Shown here piece by piece: positions 40,287-50,798 of a stretch of DNA of 64,000 nt; the stretch's first letter is position 1, and each line of letters opens with the position of its first letter. A program made the translations under genes and the position numbers. The DNA lies in NCBI GenBank assembly GCA_000092065.1, contig CP000588.1. One strand, given 5' to 3'. Origin of the DNA: Ostreococcus lucimarinus (lineage: Eukaryota). The notes under the pieces are model-generated. The model searched no databases. It saw nothing but the letters and a program-made list of their open reading frames with translations, and was not told the DNA's origin.

Positions 40287-40886
40287 ATGCGACCCGACGC
40301 GTGCGTTCGCGTCGCCGCGCGCGCGCTCTCGACTCGAGCGAGCGCCGGCGCGCCGTCGACGTCGTCGCCCCGCGCCGGTCCCGTCACCATCGCCCTGCGC
40401 GCGTTCGTCGCCGGCTGCACGCTCTACGCCTGCGACGCCGCGCTGGACGATTACGTGTTACTCGGCGTCGCGAAATCGCTCGCGCGCGAGCGCTCGACGA
40501 TCGACGACGACGCGCGGCTTCGCGAGGCGCTCGGCGACGACTACGCCGACGACGGCGCGTGGTGGAAATCGACGGTGTCGCGAGGCGGACGAAGCGACGT
40601 CGCGCGGGTGGTTTGGACGATCGAGGGCGCGAAAGCGGCGTGCGACGTCACGCTGACGATGCTGAACCGACGCGCGGAGCGGGAATCGGGATTGGGATGG
40701 ACGCGGTTCGCGCCGCCGAGTTTGGCGCACGCCGCGCTCGGGACGTCGATGTGGACGGCGTTCGCGGTGGATTGTTCGCTCCCGACGACGCGCGGGGGCG
40801 GGAGAAGCGCGCTCGTCAGTTTAATGCGCGACGTCGACGCCGCCGCCGACGGCGCGTCGGCCGCGAAAGTCGAAAAGAAATCGTAG
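40287..40886 (+). CDS. Hypothetical protein (199 aa) with mitochondrial-presequence-like N-terminus
   Basis: ATG-initiated ORF with balanced composition ('VVWTIEGAKAACDVTLTML'). No family recognised. Confidence 0.45.
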   Translation: MRPDACVRVAARALSTRASAGAPSTSSPRAGPVTIALRAFVAGCTLYACDAALDDYVLLGVAKSLARERSTIDDDARLREALGDDYADDGAWWKSTVSRGGRSDVARVVWTIEGAKAACDVTLTMLNRRAERESGLGWTRFAPPSLAHAALGTSMWTAFAVDCSLPTTRGGGRSALVSLMRDVDAAADGASAAKVEKKS

Positions 40887-40978
40887 CCGCGTTGCATTGC
40901 CCTATCGTCGCTCGCGCTCGTCGCCCGACGTCGCGAATCGTCGCCTCGCGCGTTCGCCGACCGCGCGTTCGCCCTCGA

Positions 40979-41404
40979 TCAATCGCGCGCCCTCTCCAAA
41001 TAATGCTCCACGAACGTCGCCAGCGCGTCGTACGTCGCCGCGCGGCTCGTCCCGTACTCGCGTCCCAGCTCGTCGCCGTCGCCCGGGACGTAATACTTGA
41101 TCGTCGGAAACCGCGTCGCGCGCTGCCACGCGCACACCTCCCGCGCCTCGCCGCAGTCGATCTCCAGGACGTCCACCGTTCGCTTTCGCACCGCGAACTC
41201 GTCGCGCAGCGCTTCCCAGTGCGGCTTCAGCGCCGCGCAGTGCGGACACCGCGCCATCGTGAACGCGACGACGACGGCGTCGCGCGTCTCCTGCTGCAGC
41301 ACGCGCTCGGCGAACGCGTCCACCGCGGTGACGTCGCCCGCCGCGACCGCGCGCGCGACGCACAGCGCGACGCACAGCGCGACGACGCCGACGCGTCGCG
41401 CCAT
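40979..41404 (-). CDS. Small secreted thioredoxin-fold protein (CPHC active site, PDI/TMX-like)
   Basis: Signal peptide 'VVALCVALCVARAVAA'; 'VVVAFTMARCPHCAALKPHWEAL'; 'ATRFPTIKYY'. Confidence 0.75.
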   Translation of the reverse strand: MARRVGVVALCVALCVARAVAAGDVTAVDAFAERVLQQETRDAVVVAFTMARCPHCAALKPHWEALRDEFAVRKRTVDVLEIDCGEAREVCAWQRATRFPTIKYYVPGDGDELGREYGTSRAATYDALATFVEHYLERARD

Positions 41405-41521
41405 TGTGACGTCCCGGCGCGACCGTTACGTCCCGTCCTCCATCGCGCCGCGCAGCGCGACGCGCGCGCGCTTCGGCGTCGCGCCGCGCGCGGCGACGCG
41501 CGCGACGACCGCCGCGACGCG

Positions 41522-43321
41522 ATGGACGACGCCGGCGCGCTTCGGCGCCGCGCTTCGGCGCTCGGCGCGACGCTCGGCGCGGACGACGACGCGCGCGCGT
41601 TCGGCGAACGCGTCGCGCGCGGCGACGTCGCCGGGACGCTGCGCGACGCCGAAGCGCGACCTGAACTCTTGCGCGCTTGCGTCGACGACGAGGGACGGCG
41701 CGCGACGCACGCGGCGGCGGCGCGCGGACGCGCGGGGGCGCTCGAGGCGCTGCTCGCGAGCGGCGCGGCGGCGGACGCGCGAGACGGCCGAGGACGGACG
41801 GCGCTGCACGAAGCGGCGAAGAGAGGCGACGGGGCGTGCGCGCGGGCGATACTGGACGCGCGGCGGAATTACGGGGCGCGGCATCCGAGCGCGCTGGGGG
41901 CGAGGGTGGACGCGAACGCGCGGGACGCGGCGGGATCGACGCCGCTGCTGGAGGCGACGTCGAGGGAGATGATCGCGACGCTGCTGCGAGAGGGCGCGGA
42001 TGGATCGATGCGACGGGGCGATGGATCGAACGCGGTGCACCTGGCGTGCGATCGCGCGGATGGGTGGGCGGTGGAGGCGTTGTTGGGGTGCGGCGTCGAT
42101 TGCGACGCGAGAGACGGGTCGAAGCGGACGGCGCTGCACCGAGCGAGGGACGCGCGATCCGTGGTCGCGCTGTGCGCGTCGGGCGCGGACGTCGAGTGCG
42201 TGGACGCGCGGGGACACACGCCGCTTCACGCGGCGGCGATCGAGGGTAAGCCGGAGGTCGTCGTGCCTCTCGCGAACGCGGGCGCGCGGTTGCGCGCGAG
42301 GACGCGAGGCGGGTTCTTGCCGGGCGCCACCGCGGCGGACTTGGCGGCCAAGTACGGGCACGACGACGTCGCGCGATTGCTGGCCGACGCGAGACAGGTG
42401 TCGCGCGTCGCGTATTTATCGATGTGTGCCGTCAATCACGAGGAAGAGCGAATTAAAAAGCAAATGAGGCGCTCGAGCGAGAAGCGCGCGGCGCTCCTGT
42501 GGGGCGCGCTCGTCGCGGTCGGCGTCGTGTTGTTCGCGCTCGTCGTCGGTCACTTTTGGTTCGCGGGGGCGAAGAGAGAGTTGCGCGAGTGGCGAGAAAT
42601 CCGACAGTCCAGAGAAAAGGCGAAGATTCTAAAGGCGAAACAGCAGGAAGCGGCGGCGAAGGCGGAGCTGAAACGCAAAATGAAGGCGGAGGCGGCGGCC
42701 GAGGCGTGGCGAGAGAACGCTCGCCAAAACGTTGAACGCGTGTTGAGATGCGGCGTGCACGGGACCTTGAAAGATGGCGTCAAGAAGGGCGGTGTTCACC
42801 GCTGCATTCTTTTCGGTCAAGATGGTAAAGGCCTGTCCAAAGAAGCTAACGCCGCGTGCGGCGTATGTGCAGATTTCCTCGCGGCGTTGCGCGAACGCCT
42901 CGACGCGTCGAACAAAGGAAAGACTGAAGCCGAAGTGGACGCTCACCTGACGGCGGCGTGTAAGAAGGCCGAAGGTCGTACTTCCAAGGTGTGTGATTCT
43001 CTTTTGGCCGCGCGAAAAGATTTGAACAGGCAAATGTCGTTCGGGGCGCCGCCGGCGAAAATTTGCGCGCGCCTCGGATCAAAAGATCCCGAATTATGCG
43101 CGGTGAAACCCGCGAGGGAAGGTGACCTCTCGAGCGATGGTAAAGGCGATGCGGCGGCGAGAGATGCGTTCAGAAAGTTGTCCGTGTTCGTGCATCCAGA
43201 CAAGCACGATAATTCCCCTCAAGCGACGGAAGCGTTCAAGATGCTCAACACGGCGAGGGCGTACTTCGATTCGCGCGCCAAGTTGAATGCCAAACGAGCG
43301 GCGTCTCAAGCGAAAACCTAG
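41522..43321 (+). CDS. Ankyrin-repeat / TM / Cys-rich (saposin-like) / C-terminal J-domain protein
   Basis: 4-5 ankyrin repeats ('GRTALHEAAKRGD', 'GSTPLLEAT', 'GHTPLHAAAIEGK'), TM helix 'LLWGALVAVGVVLFALVV', a K/E-rich coiled coil, a 6-Cys module ('CGVCADFLAALRERL…CKKAEG…VCDSLL…ICARLG') and a terminal J-domain with HPD ('LSVFVHPDKH'). The upstream part of ORF 40301..43321 is Arg-rich and overlaps the thioredoxin gene; ATG at 41522. Confidence 0.8.
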   Translation: MDDAGALRRRASALGATLGADDDARAFGERVARGDVAGTLRDAEARPELLRACVDDEGRRATHAAAARGRAGALEALLASGAAADARDGRGRTALHEAAKRGDGACARAILDARRNYGARHPSALGARVDANARDAAGSTPLLEATSREMIATLLREGADGSMRRGDGSNAVHLACDRADGWAVEALLGCGVDCDARDGSKRTALHRARDARSVVALCASGADVECVDARGHTPLHAAAIEGKPEVVVPLANAGARLRARTRGGFLPGATAADLAAKYGHDDVARLLADARQVSRVAYLSMCAVNHEEERIKKQMRRSSEKRAALLWGALVAVGVVLFALVVGHFWFAGAKRELREWREIRQSREKAKILKAKQQEAAAKAELKRKMKAEAAAEAWRENARQNVERVLRCGVHGTLKDGVKKGGVHRCILFGQDGKGLSKEANAACGVCADFLAALRERLDASNKGKTEAEVDAHLTAACKKAEGRTSKVCDSLLAARKDLNRQMSFGAPPAKICARLGSKDPELCAVKPAREGDLSSDGKGDAAARDAFRKLSVFVHPDKHDNSPQATEAFKMLNTARAYFDSRAKLNAKRAASQAKT

Positions 43322-43357
43322 ATTTGACTAGTGTGAATGTTACAAAAGTTACAATCC

Positions 43358-46300
43358 TTACCTTTTCACCCGTTGGATGCCGACGCCAATCGCGGCTCTT
43401 TCGTTTCGAGCTTGCCACATCTTCTCAATCGCCGACGACTCACGACTTTGCTTAAACCTCGAAACGTGCGCCAACGTAATTTGACTCTGTTCGCGCATCT
43501 GAATTTGCTTCTTCACTTGACCCTTTTCAGCATCGTCTGGTGCATCCTTTTGCGCTAACACTTTCTTCCACGTCGCCTTGTTTACGGTGGCTGTTACTTT
43601 TGAAGAATCCTTCACCTTACGCACACCGACTCTGCGTTTCTCACTCTCAATCACTTCGTTCTCAATCTTCGTCAGCATACGCCGCGCGCGCGTGCGACGG
43701 AGGAGCGTGTACGCCACAAACGCAGCGAACATGGCACAGATGCAAGATACGACGATGAGAGCGACGTTGACATCACCGAAGACGTTTGGCACTCCGCGCG
43801 GCGGCGTCGGCTCTTTTTCGACGATAAGCGACCCGCTAGGATCTTCGTACAATTGTCCCTGCACCACGCCACCAATTCCCGCCGTGGTCGTCGAAAAGAA
43901 TGCCACTGGATCGCTGCGAAGCGTGAGCAATATGGCCGCCGCTTGCGCACGCGTCGCGTCGATAGCCGCCTTTGTAGTTTCGTAATCGCGCACGACGCCG
44001 AATCGCAACATCTCCGTGGCTTGCATCGTCACCGTGACTACGACGGCGCGAATGCAATTTTGAGAAGCCGAGCACGTCACTGAAACAGACGAGCCACTTT
44101 GCAAGAGCCTTCTTCGGCCCGCTGGCGTCGACGCGGTCGCGCCGGGTTGAGCGACATCCAGACGAATCGAACCGCGGGTGACGTTGAACTTTGTCGCGAC
44201 GTCGATTTCCATCGCGCGAACGAATGCAGAGTTTGCATCTGCATCAACGCCGATGTTCGCCGCCATGTTTGCCAAAGAACCTCCGGCTTGATGGAATGAA
44301 ACACCAAAAACGACATCGACGTAAAAGACATCGGGATGCGCGCGATCCACCGGCGCGGTGGATACGTTGCACATCGTCGATCCGGCTGTCGACGTCGTCG
44401 CCTGACGCGGGCAAGGCGTGCACAAGCGCGCGCCCGTCACATTGGCGAACGCGTCGCGTGGGCACTGCAAACACTGCGTCGCACCAGATTCGGCCATGTA
44501 CATACCTTGTGGGCATTGTACGCACGCCTTAGTCAACACGCTCGGCGATGCAGAACCAGGCGGACACAGCTGGCACTGTAGCGAGTTCATGTCGGAGGCG
44601 AAGGATCCCGCGGAGCAGTACGTGCACGTGGCGTTATCTCGCGGTTCCGTCGGCCGTGGTGTCGGTGCCGGTGGTGCCGGTGGCGCTGGTGGAGCCTGTA
44701 AAGCACCTTCGGGTGGTGGTGGCGACGGATGGGTCCAAGGTGGCGGCGGAGGAGGAGAAGGCGGCGTGGGTGGTGGCGGCGGCGGTGAGGGAGGATTCGC
44801 CACCATCGCCAGCCTTTCTATAGTCAATCGATATGTCTCACTGGATTGCCCGTTCGGTGACGTGGTGATCAATCGAATCACGTTGTCGCCTTGGTTCAAC
44901 GTGAAATACTTCATATTCACGAGGCTCGCCGCGAGCAATCGCCGTCGAGCGCTCAGAGTCGTCGTGATGGACGTCGTCGACTGTCGAAACTGATAGAACA
45001 CTTGCACACCGGTGACGCCATGAGGGACTGTCGCAGTGTACGTGTGTCTTGTCGGATCAAACGCGGGCTGAATGGCGATGCCATCCGGAACGTAAGGAAA
45101 CACGCTCGACATCGCCACGGTGGTGTTGGCGACGACTGACAAGGACAAAATAGCCGAATCCACGCTCACTGAGGGCGGTGGTGGCGATGGCGGAGGAGGG
45201 CTGAGTGCCTGAGGAACGGGTGGCGGCGCCACGTACGTAGTTGGATCCGTTCGTCGCGTACCAGGCGGACAAGATCCGGGCGGAACGCCAAATATGAACA
45301 ACGCCGCATCTTCAGATTCGACAAAACTCGACGGGATAGCGGCCACCCGTGACTCGCTGACGGCGGTGAGGTTGACGTGTAATCGTAAGCTTGCCTCAGA
45401 AGGGATATTGCTCCAATCGAGTACGACTTCAGCGTGCTGCGTCTTACCGTAATCACCAGGCATCCACGTCAGCCGTCCCGTGGCGGCGGCGTAGTGCACA
45501 CCCGCCACCGCCGATGAAGCCGCGCCGCTCGTCACAATTTCGTAATCGATGACCGCGGGCAGGGCGAAATTACCGCCGCCAATTATATCGATGGGTATTT
45601 TCACGGTTTCCTGTGAATAACGATATAACGGCGGAAATGCGACATTGCGGGCTCGAACGCCGAACAACGGCGCCGGGTCGTCGTCGGCGATGGTCACCAC
45701 AGCTGATTTATTCTTGAAATCAGTCTCGATATCGGCGTTCATAGCGTCGACGAGCGTCAGCGTGAGCGCCTCCAATGCGTTTTCGTGCACGCGATCGTTC
45801 CTGATTCGAACGTACACGAAGTTTTCTCCCGATTCTCCCGCCATCCAGTGAAGCGTCGTCGGGCTGACGCTAAAGTCGTAATCGCCGCGCGCGTCCGTGG
45901 CGTTGTCCCTCGCGCTCGCGTGCGTTACTTGAACCAACGCTTGATCACCGCTCGTTCCGGGCATCTGAGATATGCCCCCGTACGTCACATTCACCCCAAC
46001 GCTCACTAATCTTCTATTGACGCCTTCTAGCTCCACGGGCACCGCGATCACGCGCGCGTCTTCGTTACCGTTTTGAGCGGTGGAGTAATAATGCTTCGTC
46101 CGAAGCACCGGACCACGGGCGACGATCGACACCTTCGACGGATCCGTGAGCACCAAATTCGGTAGCATGTACTGCTGACCGTTATAGGATACGCGAACGT
46201 CGTGCGTTCCCATAGGAATCGTGATGTCGGGAACCATGCACGTGATGGCTTGCCCCGACGCCGACACCACTCCCGGAACCACGGCGATGGCCGATGCCGT

Positions 46301-47359
46301 TTGATTCGAAGACGTCCCCATTCCGAGCGCGCACGTCACGTTCACTTTACCCGCGTGCGTCGCGTCGCTCCCGCCCGGTCCGTACTGCGAGGCGTAATAC
46401 GTATTCGTCGCGTACGCGCTAAAGTTGTTCCGCCCGAAACGCGGCGCGTGTCGCGGAATCACCAACAGCACCTCTGGATTCTGATAGTACAGAAACTGCG
46501 CCGTTTCGTAGCACGAGTCGGGGTACACTAACTTCACGTCGATGACCCCGGACTGCGCGGGCATCTCGCACGTCACCGTCCCGTCCGGCAGATGCGTCGC
46601 CCGCTGCACGACGACGGAGTTGCCGTCGCTAATCGAGCAATTCATCGTCGACCCCGCGACGTCGTTGAAACCGTCGCCGCTAAACGTCACCACCGTCCCC
46701 CCCGTCGACGGCCCCGATTTCGGCGAATAATCGCGCAGACTCGTCCTTCGAATCGTCTTCGAACTGTCGGGCTTGGTGACGTCCGTCACGCCTCCCGCGG
46801 GATCCGCCGCCGCCACCACCGCGTACACCCCCCCCGCGCCCGCCGGTATCGAGCACCCGTACGTCGCCTCGCTCCCGCTCGCGCTCACCTGCGTCGCCGT
46901 CCCACTATCCGCGATCGCCAGCGCCGCCTCCACCGCCGCGTGCGCGCTCGCGTTCACCGCCTTCGCGCGTTCGTAATCCGCGCTCGCGCTCGCGTTCGCC
47001 GCCAGCGCCGCCGCCACCCCGTCGTCGTCGATTCCAACCATGTTCTGCGCGAATATCTCCGCGTTCGCGTCGCGTTCGACGAATATCGCCTTCATCGCCG
47101 TCGCGTTCGCGCTCGCGCGCTCCGCCTCGCGCACGACGTCGTACGGCGCGAAGACGCACCGCGTCGTCGCGCCGCCGTCCCGCCGCGTAAACTCAAAGCT
47201 CGCGCTCTCGCTCGTCGCGCACGCCCGCGTCAGCGTCTCCAGCGTCCCTCGAACGCGCATCGTCATCGCCGTCGCCGCGTCGAGCAGCGCGAGCGTCAGC
47301 GTCAGCGTCAGCGCCGTCGTCGCGCCGTCGCGCCGTCGCCGACGGTTCGCCCGACGCAT
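43358..47359 (-). CDS. Large type-I surface glycoprotein: signal peptide, TIG/IPT-like and Calx-beta-like modules, extensin-like (S)PPPP tracts, ephrin-receptor-like (GCC2/GCC3) Cys repeats, TM helix, basic cytoplasmic tail
   Basis: 'TTALTLTLTLALLDAATA' signal; 'TIADDDPAP' Calx-like; 'SPPPPSPPPPS' and 'PPSPPPPPPTPPSPPPPPPW'; 'CTYCSAGSFAS…CQLCPPGSAS…CVQCPQGMYM…CLQCPRDAFAN…CTPCPRQ'; TM 'VALIVVSCICAMFAAFVAYTLL'. ATG at 47359. Confidence 0.8.
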   Translation of the reverse strand: MRRANRRRRRDGATTALTLTLTLALLDAATAMTMRVRGTLETLTRACATSESASFEFTRRDGGATTRCVFAPYDVVREAERASANATAMKAIFVERDANAEIFAQNMVGIDDDGVAAALAANASASADYERAKAVNASAHAAVEAALAIADSGTATQVSASGSEATYGCSIPAGAGGVYAVVAAADPAGGVTDVTKPDSSKTIRRTSLRDYSPKSGPSTGGTVVTFSGDGFNDVAGSTMNCSISDGNSVVVQRATHLPDGTVTCEMPAQSGVIDVKLVYPDSCYETAQFLYYQNPEVLLVIPRHAPRFGRNNFSAYATNTYYASQYGPGGSDATHAGKVNVTCALGMGTSSNQTASAIAVVPGVVSASGQAITCMVPDITIPMGTHDVRVSYNGQQYMLPNLVLTDPSKVSIVARGPVLRTKHYYSTAQNGNEDARVIAVPVELEGVNRRLVSVGVNVTYGGISQMPGTSGDQALVQVTHASARDNATDARGDYDFSVSPTTLHWMAGESGENFVYVRIRNDRVHENALEALTLTLVDAMNADIETDFKNKSAVVTIADDDPAPLFGVRARNVAFPPLYRYSQETVKIPIDIIGGGNFALPAVIDYEIVTSGAASSAVAGVHYAAATGRLTWMPGDYGKTQHAEVVLDWSNIPSEASLRLHVNLTAVSESRVAAIPSSFVESEDAALFIFGVPPGSCPPGTRRTDPTTYVAPPPVPQALSPPPPSPPPPSVSVDSAILSLSVVANTTVAMSSVFPYVPDGIAIQPAFDPTRHTYTATVPHGVTGVQVFYQFRQSTTSITTTLSARRRLLAASLVNMKYFTLNQGDNVIRLITTSPNGQSSETYRLTIERLAMVANPPSPPPPPPTPPSPPPPPPWTHPSPPPPEGALQAPPAPPAPPAPTPRPTEPRDNATCTYCSAGSFASDMNSLQCQLCPPGSASPSVLTKACVQCPQGMYMAESGATQCLQCPRDAFANVTGARLCTPCPRQATTSTAGSTMCNVSTAPVDRAHPDVFYVDVVFGVSFHQAGGSLANMAANIGVDADANSAFVRAMEIDVATKFNVTRGSIRLDVAQPGATASTPAGRRRLLQSGSSVSVTCSASQNCIRAVVVTVTMQATEMLRFGVVRDYETTKAAIDATRAQAAAILLTLRSDPVAFFSTTTAGIGGVVQGQLYEDPSGSLIVEKEPTPPRGVPNVFGDVNVALIVVSCICAMFAAFVAYTLLRRTRARRMLTKIENEVIESEKRRVGVRKVKDSSKVTATVNKATWKKVLAQKDAPDDAEKGQVKKQIQMREQSQITLAHVSRFKQSRESSAIEKMWQARNERAAIGVGIQRVKR

Positions 47360-47922
47360 CGTCGGCGATGATTCCGCCGCTTCGGCGCGCGTCGCGCGGC
47401 GGTTCCGCGTCGCCGCGTCGCCGACGACGCGCGCGCGCATCGTCGCCGTCGCGCGCGCGTCCGGGCTCGCGCGCGCGCGCGCTCGCGCGTCGACGAGTGG
47501 CGACGACGCGCCCGCGGCCGCGCGGTCGTTCATTCCCCTCGACACTCCGAGTCGCGCCCATCGCGACCGCGTCCATCGCGACGCGCGCGCGCGCGCCACC
47601 GCGATGGACGCGCGCGCGGTGCGCGACGCCGTGGCGCGCGCGGTGCGACGCGGACGCGCGGCGGGGACGATGACGACGGAGACGCGCGAGGACGCGACGG
47701 ATGGATACCGCGCGCGCGTGGACGTCGTGTACGCGCGGCTGAGCGGCGCGGACGCGAGGGAGGACGGCGATAAATTGCGCGTGCTGCTGGTGCGTCGCGC
47801 GAGGGCGAGATCGAGCGCGCGGAGGGGAAGGGGAGAGGCGCGCGCGAGCGGGCGGGACTGACGAGACGACGACGCGCGCGGCGACGACTCGAACGAAGAA
47901 TTACGGAGAACACGGACGGGAA

Positions 47923-48849
47923 TTGGTGCCCGTGGACGCGGCGGTGCGATTGCTGGAGACGATGGCGGAGGGTGAGGACGCGGTGGTGGCGCTGGCGCGC
48001 GGGAGGGGTGTGGACGAGACGCGGTTGCGAGCGATGCTTCGAGCGACGACGTTCGCGGTGGTGCCGATGGAGAACGAGCGAGGACGGGAGCTGGTGGAGA
48101 GGGGGGATCCGTGCGAGCGGAAGAATGGGCGAGGGGTGGACCCGAATAGGAATTGGGGGGTGAATTGGGGGGTGAAGGCGCCGGATTACGATCCCAAGGA
48201 GGAGTTTCCGGGGACGGCGCCGTTTAGCGAGCCGGAGAGTCGGATATTTCGGGATCTCGTCGCGTCGTTCGAGCCGCACGCGGTGGTGAATTGGCACAGT
48301 GGGATGTCGGCGATATTCACGCCGTATGATCACGTCGCGCGCGAGCCCACTGGGGCGGGGGCGGAGGCGATGATGCGTTTCGCGCGCGTCATCGACGCCG
48401 AGCACTGCGCGAAAAAGTGCACGCTCGGTTCGGGCGGGAAGGGCGTGGGGTACCTCGCGCACGGTACGGCGACTGATTACATATACGAAAAGATGAAGGT
48501 GCCCGTGGTGTACACGTGGGAAATATACGGCGATCTCGATGCGCCTTTCGAGGATTGTCATCGCGCGTTCAACCCGACGACGAAGGAGACGCGCGACGCC
48601 GTCGTCGAAGCGTGGTTCGGAGCGCCCATCACGCTCGTATCCATGCTCGACCAGCACCCCGACATAAATTTCAAACATCAAAGCGTCGTGCCGGCTGTCG
48701 CGTCATCTTCATCGTTCGCAGTTGGTGATGAACAGCGCCGTTTCCCTTGGACAATTTCGTTGGCCTTCGCGTTCTTCACCTTGGTGGCGCTGCGTCGACT
48801 TCGGCGATCCAAGCGCGGCGGTGGTGCGGCGATCGGTACATCGCTTTGA
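47923..48849 (+). CDS. M14 zinc carboxypeptidase, 3' exon(s) only (catalytic core from the 'NPDG'-equivalent through 'GVDPNRNW' to the C-terminal TM); 5' exon(s) with the HxxE Zn site unresolved
   Basis: 'GVDPNRNW', 'HSGM', 'TDYIYE', 'YTWEIYG'. The track start 47923 is TTG and the frame upstream is non-coding-like, so an intron is inferred. A candidate 5' exon begins at ATG 47604 ('…YARLSGADAREDGDKLRVLLV'). Confidence 0.7.
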   Translation: MVPVDAAVRLLETMAEGEDAVVALARGRGVDETRLRAMLRATTFAVVPMENERGRELVERGDPCERKNGRGVDPNRNWGVNWGVKAPDYDPKEEFPGTAPFSEPESRIFRDLVASFEPHAVVNWHSGMSAIFTPYDHVAREPTGAGAEAMMRFARVIDAEHCAKKCTLGSGGKGVGYLAHGTATDYIYEKMKVPVVYTWEIYGDLDAPFEDCHRAFNPTTKETRDAVVEAWFGAPITLVSMLDQHPDINFKHQSVVPAVASSSSFAVGDEQRRFPWTISLAFAFFTLVALRRLRRSKRGGGAAIGTSL

Positions 48850-49191
48850 GCGAAATATTCACGACTCCTCGCGCGCGTTCAAGTAGCACAAAGTAGGACA
48901 TAGCGTTAGCACGACATGTAGTGGCGCACGCGTAGACGAGTCGCGATGAAAAGACTCTTTTATTGATGTTTCGTCATTTTCATTAAAACACGTCGCGTCG
49001 TTTCTCGTAAATCGTGAACGACCGACCTCGAACCCGCCCATTCGAGTGGCTATAAGATACTCCCCTCTACCGGTTGATACATGTGATGTGAATATATACC
49101 GTCGCGTCGTCGTGACGTCGCTGATAACTCATACACTCTTGCCTCGCTCTCGCTAAAATCATAGAATAACTTCCTCATATGCCCGTTACGC

Positions 49192-50798
49192 TTAGAAGTC
49201 TTCGTCGAGGGAGAACGCGTTCGCGTTGCCACCCCCGATAGAGTTCATGACACCCGCCTTCTGGTATTCGCCGACGCGCTTCTCGAAGAAGTTCGTCTTA
49301 CCTTGAAGAGAGATGAGTTCCATCCAATCAAACGGATTCGTCGTGTTGTACTCCTTGGCCAAGCCCAAAGAGCAGAACAAGTGATCGGCGACGTATTCAA
49401 TGTAGTCGCTCATCATGCCGGCGTTCATGCCCACGAGCGCGCACGGAAGAGAGTCGCACACGAACTCCTTCTCGATTTCAACAGCCTCGGTGACAATCTT
49501 GCGAATGGTTTCTTCGCTCGGCTTGTTGTTCAACATGCTGAACAACAAGCACGCGAAATCGCGGTGCAAACCTTCGTCACGAGAAATGAGCTCGTTGGAG
49601 AAGGTCAAGCCCGGCATCAAGCCACGCTTCTTGAGCCAGTAGATGGAGCAGAAAGAACCAGAGAAGAAGATGCCTTCAATGCACGCGAACGCCAAGAGAC
49701 GCTCGGCAAACGAGTCGCTCGAGTCGATCCACTTCAACGCCCAGTCAGCCTTCTTCTTCACGCACGGGATGGTATCGATGGCACGGAACAGGTGGTCCTT
49801 TTCCACCGGATCCTTGATGTACTGATCGATCAACAAAGAATACATTTCTGCGAACGATGAAGAAAGCGTTTTGAGTCAGTCGGTTTGAATTCGAGAGCGT
49901 TTGCGCGCGCGAGGTGGAAATTCCTTCTCCAATCGCAAGAATCGAGCGCATCTCTCGACGTACCGGAGTGAATGTTCTCGATGGCGATTTGGAAGCCATA
50001 GAACGCGCGGGCTTCCGGAATCTGAACCTCGCCCATGAAACGAACGCCGAGGTTTTCGAGCACGATGCCGTCCGAGGCGGCGAAGAACGCAAGCACGTGC
50101 GAGACAAAGTGCTTCTCATCCTTCGTGAGCGTCTCCCAGTGCTTCATGTCGTCCGACAGATCGACTTCCTCCGCTGTTTGCGCACAAAAGCACGCGCGAT
50201 CGCGTCGATGTACCGTTAGTCACGCGTCCCGTTCGCCCTTCGCTCTCTCGCGCGCCGCGCGATTTCAAACTTTGCGCAGCGTTCGACGTGACGTCACCCC
50301 ACGCGCTCGTTCGCGCACGCACCGGTCCAGAAAGACGCCTCAGCCTTCTTATACATCTCCCACACCTGCGGGTACTGAATCGGGAACATCGTGAACCTGC
50401 GAGCGACCGCGAAACGCGCGCGAAACCTCCGTCAGTGTCTTTTTCAACTAAACGACTCGAAAATCATCCACGACGTCATCTTCCCCAACCTCCCACACCA
50501 CCCGCGCCTCGCGCGCGCCGTCGCCCGCGCCGACGCGCGCGTCGAAATCCCTCACGCAGTCTTCGCCCCCCGAACCGCGCCATCGCGCGTCGCGCGCGCG
50601 TCCAGCCCCGCGAAACGATTCCCGGCACCGGCGCGATTTCAAATTCGAACGTTGCGCCCCATCGTTCGCGCGTCCCTCACCGCGCGCGCGCGCGTCCATC
50701 GACGCCGTCGCGCGCGCGCACGCGTCGCGAATATTTTTCTTCACGCACCGTTGGTCGTTTTCATCGAGCAAAGGCTCGGCGAGCGGGAGAGGCGACAT
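49192..50798 (-). CDS. RNR2: Ribonucleotide reductase small subunit (R2), 4 exons: join(50746..50798, 50323..50396, 49964..50173, 49192..49847)
   Basis: Exon 1 '[17 protein letters not shown]' + GTGCGT donor; exon 2 '[24 protein letters not shown]' + GTGCGT; exon 3 '[38 protein letters not shown]…[11 protein letters not shown]' + GTACGT; exon 4 '[11 protein letters not shown]…' to stop. All junctions keep frame (330 aa). Confidence 0.85.

Noticed and set aside
49745-50448. Overlapping ORFs 49745..50119, 50035..50394 and 50116..50322 in the RNR2 region
   Set aside because: These are intron or wrong-frame read-throughs of the 4-exon RNR2 gene and are replaced by the spliced model.
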